DNA of 32,000 nucleotides from Neisseria mucosa (GTDB lineage Bacteria; Pseudomonadota; Gammaproteobacteria; Burkholderiales; Neisseriaceae): NCBI RefSeq assembly GCF_003044445.1, contig NZ_POWX01000013.1, positions 2,502 to 34,501 of the forward strand, read 5' to 3'. Shown piece by piece: positions 25,893 to 32,000 of this stretch (position 1 is its first letter; each line of letters starts with the position of its first letter). The notes under the pieces were generated by a model. It saw only the letters and a program-made list of their open reading frames with translations, ran no database searches and was not told where the DNA came from. The position numbers and the translations under genes were made by a program.

Positions 25893-27554
25893 TTACATCC
25901 CGCCGTAATTCGGTCCGCTTGCGCCTTCGGGGCAAATCCAAGTGATGTTTTGCGTCGGGTCTTTGATGTCGCACGTTTTGCAGTGGACGCAGTTGGCGGC
26001 GTTGATTTGCAGGCGCGGGCTGCCGTTTTCTTCGACGATTTCATACACACCGGCCGGGCAATAGCGCGTTTCGGGCGAAGCGTATTCTTTGTAGTTCACG
26101 TCTATCATCGTTTGCGGATTTTTCAGCACCAAATGGTCGGGCTGATTTTCTTCGTGCGCGAGGTTGGCGAGGAAGACGCTGCTTAAGCGATCGAAGGTCA
26201 ACACGCCGTCAGGTTTCGGATAATCAATCGGCTTGCACGCGGCGGCTTTTTTAAGCTGCTCGTTGTCTTTGCCGTGATGTTTCAAAGTCCACGGGGCTTT
26301 GCCTCTGAAAATCATCTGATCGATGCCGGTATAGATCGAACCGAGGTAAACGCCCCATTTGAATGACGGACGGACATTACGCGCGGCGTAAAGCTCTTGA
26401 TACAGCCAGCTTTGTTCAAAACGTTGCTGATAATCCGCTGCCTCTTTGCCGCTATCGAAACCCTCCACTTCTTCAAGGTTTTCCAACAAGGGGAACACTG
26501 CTTCGGCGGCGAGCATGGCGGATTTCATCGCGGTATGAATGCCTTTGATGCGCGGCATATTGAGGAAACCCGCCGCATCGCCGATTAAAACGCCGCCTTT
26601 GAACGAGAGCTTCGGCAGGCTTTGCAAACCGCCTTCAATCAGCGAACGTGCGCCGTAAGCGATACGGCGACCGCCTTCGAAGGTTTTGCGGATTTCGGGA
26701 TGGGTTTTGAAGCGTTGGAACTCTTCAAACGGCGACAGATAAGGGTTTTGATAATCCAAACCGACCACAAAACCGACGGCGACTTTGTTATCGTCGAAAT
26801 GGTAAACAAACGCACCGCCGTAGGTTTTGCTGTCCAGCGGCCAGCCCGCGCTGTGTACCACCAAACCGGGCTGATGTTTTTCAGACGTCACTTCCCAAAT
26901 CTCTTTGATGCCCAAGCCGTAAGTTTGTGGCTGGCTGTTTTGGTCGAGTTGGAAACGTTCGATGACTTGTTTGGAAAGCGAACCGCGGCAACCTTCGGCA
27001 AACAGGGTTTGCTGCGCCCAAAGCTCCATGCCGGGCTGGAAACTGTCGGTCGGCTCGCCGTCTTTACCCACGCCCATATTGCCGGTTGCAATGCCTTTGA
27101 CCGAACCGTCTTCGTGATACAGCACTTCGGCGGCGGCAAAGCCCGGATAGATTTCCACGCCCATATTTTCCGCCTGCTCCGCCAACCAGCGCACAACTTC
27201 GCCCAAGCTGACGATATAGTTGCCGTGATTGTCGAAATTGGGGGTAACGGGCAGATTGAACGCTTTTTTCTCCGTCAGGAACAACACTTTGTCCTGCGTT
27301 ACCGCACGCGTCAGCGGCGCGCCTTTTTCTTTCCAGTCGGGAATCAGCTCATTCAGCGCAATCGGATCAATGACCGCGCCCGCCAGCGAATGCGCACCTG
27401 CCTCCGAACCCTTCTCCACCACGCAAACGCTGATTTCGCGCCCGTTTTTTTCGGCAAGCTGCTTGAGTTTGATGGCGGCGGACAAACCCGACGGGCCTGC
27501 GCCGACAATCACGACATCGTATTGCATACTGTCGCGGGTGATGGATTCTGTCAT
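25893..27554 (-). CDS. Electron-transfer flavoprotein:ubiquinone oxidoreductase (ETF-QO)
   Basis: I moved the start to the ATG at 27554 (MTESITRDSMQYDVVIVGAGPSGLSAAIKL, Rossmann FAD motif). The 32 upstream residues of the track ORF overlap a DUS. The C-terminal 4Fe-4S region is CPAGVYE...CVHCKTCDIKDP. Confidence 0.88.
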   Translation of the reverse strand: MTESITRDSMQYDVVIVGAGPSGLSAAIKLKQLAEKNGREISVCVVEKGSEAGAHSLAGAVIDPIALNELIPDWKEKGAPLTRAVTQDKVLFLTEKKAFNLPVTPNFDNHGNYIVSLGEVVRWLAEQAENMGVEIYPGFAAAEVLYHEDGSVKGIATGNMGVGKDGEPTDSFQPGMELWAQQTLFAEGCRGSLSKQVIERFQLDQNSQPQTYGLGIKEIWEVTSEKHQPGLVVHSAGWPLDSKTYGGAFVYHFDDNKVAVGFVVGLDYQNPYLSPFEEFQRFKTHPEIRKTFEGGRRIAYGARSLIEGGLQSLPKLSFKGGVLIGDAAGFLNMPRIKGIHTAMKSAMLAAEAVFPLLENLEEVEGFDSGKEAADYQQRFEQSWLYQELYAARNVRPSFKWGVYLGSIYTGIDQMIFRGKAPWTLKHHGKDNEQLKKAAACKPIDYPKPDGVLTFDRLSSVFLANLAHEENQPDHLVLKNPQTMIDVNYKEYASPETRYCPAGVYEIVEENGSPRLQINAANCVHCKTCDIKDPTQNITWICPEGASGPNYGGM

Positions 27555-27632
27555 GGCGGTTCCTGTATGTTTATTATTGAATTGCAAACTTGTGATTATA
27601 CAACGGGAACATATAGTTACAAAATACAACAA

Positions 27633-27671
27633 AGGTCGTCTGAAAACCATGTTTTCGGTTTCAGACGACCT
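27633..27671. terminator. Inverted DUS pair hairpin
   Basis: AGGTCGTCTGAA at 27633-27644 and TTCAGACGACCT at 27660-27671. It is downstream of the znuA-like gene. Confidence 0.65.
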
Positions 27672-27706
27672 TTTGACTTTTTTCTATTTAAACCAATCAA
27701 GCGGTT

Positions 27707-28612
27707 TTATTTTTTCATCGCATCAGTCAAGGCTTTGACGTTGTAGCGGTACATGCCGATATAAGTATTGGCAGGTGCGCCGCCGAGTGCGTCGGAGTAG
27801 AGTTTACCGCTGACGTTGACGCCGGTTTCTTTGGCGATACGGTCAACCATGCGCGTGTCTTTGATGTTTTCAGTGAACACGGCTTTGATGCCTTCGCGTT
27901 TGATTTGGCGGATGATGGAAGCCACTTGTTTGGCGGACGGCTCGGCTTCGCTGCTCACGCCTTGCGGGGCGATGAACTCAATATTGTAGCGTTTGCCCAT
28001 GTAGGAGAAAGCGTCGTGTCCGGTCAGAACTTTGCGCTTGGCGGCGGGAACGGCGTTAAAGGCGGTTTGGGCGTCGCTATGCAGTTTTTTCAGCTGCACT
28101 TGGTAGTTGCCCAAGCGTTGTTGGTAGTAGGTTTTGCCTTCGGGGTCTGCCTGAATCAGAGCGTTGGCGACGTTTTGGGCGTAGGTCGTCATCAGGACGG
28201 GGTCGGTCCAGACGTGCGGGTCAAATTCGCCGTGGTCGTGGTGGTGGCCTTCGTGATCGTGGTCATGGTGATGACCGCCTTCTTCGGCTTTAAGCGCCTG
28301 TATGCCTTTGGTCGCTTCGGCAAAGGGAACTTTGCTTTGTTTGACGGCGCGCTGAACATCAGCCGCTTCCAAACCCAAGCCGTTGAGCAGGACTAATTTC
28401 GCACTACGGATTTTTTTGATGTCGCCGCTGGTCATGTGATAGGCGTGGCTGTCTTGGTTGGCACCGACCAAATTTTGCACGGCAACACGGTCGCCGCCGA
28501 TTTGTTTGGTAACGTCGCCCAAAATGCTGAAGCTGGTGACGACGTTCATCGGGGCTGCGTAAACTGCGCCGGACATTAATGCAGCGATGACGCCGAGTTT
28601 CCAATGTTTCAT
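27707..28612 (-). CDS. znuA: Metal (Zn/Mn) ABC-transporter substrate-binding protein, ZnuA-like with His-rich loop
   Basis: I moved the start to the ATG at 28612, which has RBS GGAGAG and signal peptide MKHWKLGVIAALMSGAVYAAP. It has the His/Asp-rich loop GGHHHDHDHEGHHHDHGEFDPH and a cluster A-I SBP fold. No permease or ATPase genes are adjacent in this window. Confidence 0.75.
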   Translation of the reverse strand: MKHWKLGVIAALMSGAVYAAPMNVVTSFSILGDVTKQIGGDRVAVQNLVGANQDSHAYHMTSGDIKKIRSAKLVLLNGLGLEAADVQRAVKQSKVPFAEATKGIQALKAEEGGHHHDHDHEGHHHDHGEFDPHVWTDPVLMTTYAQNVANALIQADPEGKTYYQQRLGNYQVQLKKLHSDAQTAFNAVPAAKRKVLTGHDAFSYMGKRYNIEFIAPQGVSSEAEPSAKQVASIIRQIKREGIKAVFTENIKDTRMVDRIAKETGVNVSGKLYSDALGGAPANTYIGMYRYNVKALTDAMKK

Positions 28613-28720
28613 GTTTTTCTCTCTCCAATTGATATAACGTAACAATCCGTCATTTTAAAACAGCAAGACGGAATCTTCAAGCAGCCCCACTTATAGATAC
28701 TTCCCTAGCCTAAAAGTTTT

Positions 28721-28826
28721 TATAGTGGATTAACTTTAAACCAGTACGGCGTTGCCTCGCCTTGCCGTACTATCTGTACTGTCTATGGCTTCGTCGCCTT
28801 GTCCTGATTTTTGTTAATCCACTATA
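28721..28826. mobile_element. Correia repeat-enclosed element, short (106-bp) form
   Basis: Intact terminal inverted repeats: TATAGTGGATTAAC at 28721 and GTTAATCCACTATA ending at 28826. The core is homologous to the element at 2501-2658, in the opposite orientation, with an internal deletion. Confidence 0.9.
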
Positions 28827-28864
28827 GATACTGCAATTTTAAGTTTTCAGACGACCTTCGAGCC

Positions 28865-28943
28865 TATTGTTTTCGTGGACGGAGTCCACGCTACGGCACT
28901 TGTGTTGCCAACAGACCGCGTAGCGTGGGCTTTGCCCACGAGC
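28865..28943. repeat. REP-like composite palindromic unit, copy A
   Basis: TTTTCGTGGACGGAGTCCACGCTACGG...CCGCGTAGCGTGGGCTTTGCCCACGA. The two arms are mutually complementary and each contains its own small hairpin (CGTGG-N-CCACG). Confidence 0.8.
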
Positions 28944-28980
28944 CACTCAAGATTTCAGACGACCTGTCCGTCAATTATCT

Positions 28981-29003
28981 TCGTGGGTAGAACCCACGCT
29001 ACC
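28981..29003. repeat. Solo REP-like half unit
   Basis: TCGTGGGTAGAACCCACGCTACC is the same hairpin plus GCTAC motif seen in the arms of copies A and B. Confidence 0.6.
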
Positions 29004-29045
29004 GATATCCCGCGCCAGTGAAAACCGATAGCCAACCCAAAAACA

Positions 29046-29086
29046 AAGGTCGTCTGAAAACCCGATTTTTGAGTTTTCAGACGACC
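29046..29086. terminator. Inverted DUS pair hairpin
   Basis: AGGTCGTCTGAA at 29046-29057 and TTCAGACGACCT at 29075-29086. Confidence 0.55.
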
Positions 29087-29093
29087 TTTTTGT

Positions 29094-29172
29094 CTATCGT
29101 TTTCGTGGACGGAGTCCACGCTACGGTGCTGGTGTTTCCAACAAACATCGTAGCGCGGGCTACGCCCACGAA
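29094..29172. repeat. REP-like composite palindromic unit, copy B
   Basis: A 79-bp direct repeat of 28865-28943 with scattered substitutions (TATCGTTTTCGTGGACGGAGTCCACGCTACGG...CGTAGCGCGGGCTACGCCCACGA). Confidence 0.8.
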
Positions 29173-29255
29173 CTATTAAAGATTCCAGCAAGCAACCCAC
29201 CAAAAATCTCAGACAAAAAAAGCAGACCCATCAGGTCTGCTTTCAATCTTTCCGA

Positions 29256-29984
29256 TTAATCCAGATTCAAAACGGCGGAGGTGTAAACGTCCTGTACGTC
29301 GTCCAAATCTTCCAGCGCGTCAATCAATTTCTGCATTTTGACGGCATCGTCGCCGGAGAGTTCGGTTTCGTTTTGGGCGCGCATGGTGACGTCACCGTCA
29401 ACGGATTTGTAGCCTGCGGCTTCCAATGCGGCTTTCACGCCCGCCCAGTCGTTCGGGGCGGTGATGACTTCGATGGAGCCATCGTCGTTGGTGATAACGT
29501 CTTCCGCACCGGCTTCCAGAGCGGCTTCCATCAGCGCGTCTTCGTCAACGCCGGGTTCGAACACCAAATACCCCTGATGCACGAAGTTGAACGCTACGCA
29601 GCCGTCGGTACCCAAGTTGCCGCCGTTTTTGGTGAACGCATGGCGCACGTCGGCGACGGTGCGGGTTTTGTTGTCGGTCAGGCAGTCCACCATCAGCGCC
29701 GCGCCGCCGATGCCGTAGCCTTCGTAGCGCAACTCGATGTATTCCACGCCTTCCAAGTTGCCCGTACCTTTGTCGATGGCGCGTTGTACGTTGTCTTTGG
29801 GCATATTGTTTTCAGCAGCTTTTTCCAAAGCCAGACGCAGGCGCGGGTTGGCGCCGGGATCGCCGCCGCCCATGCGGGCTGCAACGGTGATTTCTTTAAT
29901 CAAACGGGTGAAGATTTTGCCGCGTTTGGCATCTTGACGGGCTTTTTTATGCTGGATATTCGCCCACTTACTGTGACCTGCCAT
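29256..29984 (-). CDS. yebC: YebC/PmpR-family DNA-binding transcriptional regulator
   Basis: 242 aa. The N-terminus [26 protein letters not shown] is diagnostic for this family. Confidence 0.93.
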   Translation of the reverse strand: MAGHSKWANIQHKKARQDAKRGKIFTRLIKEITVAARMGGGDPGANPRLRLALEKAAENNMPKDNVQRAIDKGTGNLEGVEYIELRYEGYGIGGAALMVDCLTDNKTRTVADVRHAFTKNGGNLGTDGCVAFNFVHQGYLVFEPGVDEDALMEAALEAGAEDVITNDDGSIEVITAPNDWAGVKAALEAAGYKSVDGDVTMRAQNETELSGDDAVKMQKLIDALEDLDDVQDVYTSAVLNLD

Positions 29985-30076
29985 GATAAATCCTTTCGAT
30001 TTTCCGCCTTATCCGGCGGGCTTTTGCTCATTTTCAAAGGGCGCATTTTAACATAGGTTGGATATGCCTAAAATAT

Positions 30077-30113
30077 TTCAGACGACCCTCATCCTGCCAA
30101 AGGGTCGTCTGAA
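30077..30113. terminator. Inverted DUS-like pair (outer bases imperfect)
   Basis: TTCAGACGACC at 30077-30087 and GGGTCGTCTGAA at 30102-30113. Confidence 0.45.
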
Positions 30114-30352
30114 AACGCTGCCTGCGCCTGAAAAACGCAAAAATCTTGTCTTTGCCCAAACCTGATCTTTTTTTCGTTTGCCTCACAAAAGGTTTACGGT
30201 ATCATGCAGACCTGCTTCAGGATTGTTGACAACTTGGGGCGAAACGGACGAAACCGGCCTGCTCGCCGCGCCGTCCGACACAACGGCATTCAACGGAGTA
30301 ACCGCCGCAGAATGCCGTCATCTGTTCATTTTTCAATATAAGGTTTGTAATT

Positions 30353-31771
30353 ATGGAAGAAACATTGTCTGCACTGGTGGGCGCAGTCAATCTGATTCTG
30401 TGGGATTACATGCTGATTTACGCCCTTTTGGGCATCGGCCTGTTTTTCACACTCTATCTAGGCGCGCCGCAGATTACCAAATTGGGGACGGGGTTTAAAT
30501 CCGTCTTCGGCGGTTTGTTTTCCCAAAAAGACAAAGACGATAAATCTTTGTCGCAATTCCAAGCACTCGCCGTCGCCGTCTCCGCACAAATCGGCACGGG
30601 CAACGTCGCCGGTGTGGCAACCGCCATTACCGCAGGCGGGCCGGGCGCGATTTTTTGGATGTGGCTTTCCGCCGTTTTGGGGATGTCTACGATTTTTGCC
30701 GAAGCCCTGCTCGCGCAAAAATACCGCGTCGTCAGCCACGGCAAATACATCGGTGGTCCCGCGTTCTACATCACGCACGGTCTGACCCCGAAAATCGGGC
30801 GCGGCGCGGCGCGTTTCTTATCGGGCTTCTTCTCCATCGCCCTGATTATCGCGCTGGGCTTTATCGGCAACGCCACGCAGGCGAACTCCATCGCCTCCTC
30901 CGTTACCATCGCCTTTAACGTACCGGCATTGGCAGTGGGCATCGCCCTCGCCGTCCTCGCGGGCATGATTATCGTCGGCGGCGTCAACCGCATCGCCAAC
31001 ATCGCCCAATTCGTCGTGCCGTTTATGGCGATTATCTATATTTTGTGTGCCGTCGTTATCCTGTTCAAATTCTCCGACCACATCATACCGATGTTCAACC
31101 ACATCTTTACTGCCGCCTTCAATCCTGAAGCCGTTTTAGGCGGCGCAGCCGGTATCGGTATGCGCGAAGCCGTCCGTTTCGGCGTGGCACGCGGCTTGTT
31201 CTCCAACGAAGCGGGTATGGGTTCGACACCGCACGCACACGCCACCGCCGACGTGAACCACCCTGTTCAACAAGGCTTGGCGGCATTTATCGGCGTATTC
31301 ATCGACACCATCTTGGTCTGCACCGCCACCGCGCTGATTATCCTCCTGACCGATGCCAACCTTTCCGGCGAACAAGGCGCGGCGGTGACCCAATTCGCCT
31401 TCAGCAAAGCCTTCCCCGGCTTCGGTTCGCAACTGCTCGCCGTCTGCCTGACCTTTTTCGCCTTCACCACCATCATCGGCTGGTACTACTTCGGCGAGTC
31501 CAACATCCGCTTCCTCTTCAGAGGCAAACACTTGGGCATTTACCGCGCGCTCGTGCTGCTGGCTATCGTGTTGGGCACGCTGGGTAAGGTCGATTTGGTT
31601 TGGAGCCTGTCCGATATGTTCAACGGCTTCATGGTCATCCCCAACTTAATCGCCCTATTCCTCTTGCGCAAAGAAATCCGCGCCGTTTACGACGATTATC
31701 TGGCACAGAAAAAAGCCGGCAAAGACTTGTCCTACCAATATGAATTCCACGAATTCCACGACAAGGCTTAA
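30353..31771 (+). CDS. Alanine/glycine:cation symporter (AGCS family)
   Basis: 472 aa, polytopic membrane protein. It has the AGCS motifs AQIGTGNVAGVATAI and GLFSNEAGMGS. Confidence 0.9.
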   Translation: MEETLSALVGAVNLILWDYMLIYALLGIGLFFTLYLGAPQITKLGTGFKSVFGGLFSQKDKDDKSLSQFQALAVAVSAQIGTGNVAGVATAITAGGPGAIFWMWLSAVLGMSTIFAEALLAQKYRVVSHGKYIGGPAFYITHGLTPKIGRGAARFLSGFFSIALIIALGFIGNATQANSIASSVTIAFNVPALAVGIALAVLAGMIIVGGVNRIANIAQFVVPFMAIIYILCAVVILFKFSDHIIPMFNHIFTAAFNPEAVLGGAAGIGMREAVRFGVARGLFSNEAGMGSTPHAHATADVNHPVQQGLAAFIGVFIDTILVCTATALIILLTDANLSGEQGAAVTQFAFSKAFPGFGSQLLAVCLTFFAFTTIIGWYYFGESNIRFLFRGKHLGIYRALVLLAIVLGTLGKVDLVWSLSDMFNGFMVIPNLIALFLLRKEIRAVYDDYLAQKKAGKDLSYQYEFHEFHDKA

Positions 31772-31786
31772 TCCGCAATCGTAAAA

Positions 31787-31814
31787 AGGTCGTCTGAAAA
31801 TTTTCAGACGACCT
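31787..31814. terminator. Inverted DUS pair hairpin between convergent genes
   Basis: AGGTCGTCTGAA at 31787-31798 and TTCAGACGACCT at 31803-31814. Confidence 0.7.
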
Positions 31815-31831
31815 TTTTAAATTCCGAACAT

Positions 31832-32000
31832 TTATTTTGTTTTCAACCAAGCAAACCAAACCAATACGACAACGAAACAAAAATAAGCAATGCTCCAAAC
31901 CGGCAGCGCGATACCCAAAAAATAATCCGGTACGGCGCAATTACCAAAGCCGCGCACGATGGGTTCGAACCAGTCAAACAACGGCCAGTCCTTCAGGCGG
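31832..32000 (-). CDS. dsbB: Disulfide bond formation protein B, C-terminal fragment (continues beyond the window)
   Basis: Hand translation of the minus strand gives ...RLKDWPLFDWFEPIVRGFGNCAVPDYFLGIALPVWSIAYFCFVVVLVWFAWLKTK*. The G-x-C-A...FLG-x-x-x-P-x-W pattern and final TM segment resemble the second periplasmic loop and TM4 of DsbB. It has no ATG inside the window, so it is absent from the ORF track. Confidence 0.6.
   Translation of the reverse strand, partial: RLKDWPLFDWFEPIVRGFGNCAVPDYFLGIALPVWSIAYFCFVVVLVWFAWLKTK

Noticed and set aside
26622-27746. 374-aa + strand ORF, and 27905-28396 and 29373-30056 on the + strand
   Set aside because: They are antisense shadows of ETF-QO, the znuA-like gene and yebC respectively.
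30114-30352. Possible glycine riboswitch or attenuator upstream of the AGCS symporter
   Set aside because: I looked for it because AGCS genes are often glycine-riboswitch regulated. Two hairpins exist (CGGACG...CGTCCG at 30245-30277 and ACGGCATTC...GAATGCCGT at 30283-30318). I could not find the conserved glycine-aptamer motifs (GGAGAG, ACCGAAGGGGCAA-type), and the T-run is not adjacent to the stem. An Rfam scan would settle it. The 106-aa ORF at 30178-30498 overlapping this leader is also rejected.
31635-31940. 101-aa - strand ORF
   Set aside because: It spans the AGCS 3' end, the DUS terminator and part of the dsbB tail in the wrong frame. The DsbB-like frame, which ends at 31832, explains the region better.

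Overview
This is a Neisseria-type chromosomal segment. About 40 copies of AGGTCGTCTGAA or its complement are present. From memory this is the 'AG-mucDUS' DNA-uptake-sequence dialect of the N. mucosa/N. sicca group. Most copies form inverted pairs just after stop codons and probably act as terminators. There are also two Correia elements and a REP-like palindrome cluster.

Gene order:
- fixH and ccoG (cbb3 oxidase maturation), then tkt
- an LTA-synthase/sulfatase-family membrane transferase, then yaaA
- tRNA-Ser(UGA) and a decayed tRNA-Ser-like pseudogene
- an ~8.2 kb Nf/MDA-like filamentous (inovirus) prophage, ~8812-17028
- rubredoxin (missed by the ORF track), an ACAD-fold flavoprotein and an AhpD-like CxxC protein
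- dld, SRP RNA (ffs) and a 1277-aa DUF3683/FAD/Fe-S/CCG oxidoreductase
- ETF-ubiquinone oxidoreductase and a ZnuA-like binding protein
- yebC, an AGCS symporter and the 3' end of dsbB

The accessory region is the prophage. It encodes Rep_trans initiator, ssDNA-binding-like protein, small coat proteins, major coat, TspB-like adsorption protein, pVI-like protein, Zot/pI ATPase and an IS110/Piv-family recombinase.

The most interesting points are all hypotheses and all lie in the prophage:
1. The only recombinase is IS110-family. It is preceded by a 317-nt ORF-poor, highly structured region that could encode a bridge/guide RNA for integration.
2. A ~30% GC 'moron' ORF with its own promoter-like signal sits in front of, and overlaps, the adsorption gene.
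3. The adsorption protein carries 14 near-perfect 18-bp tandem repeats that encode 28 uninterrupted Gly-X-Y (collagen-like) triplets.
4. A 465-bp non-coding, palindrome-dense internal region and a C8-N10-G7 hairpin with iterons upstream of rep are candidate ori, packaging or switch elements.

No CRISPR array and no recognisable defence system were seen.
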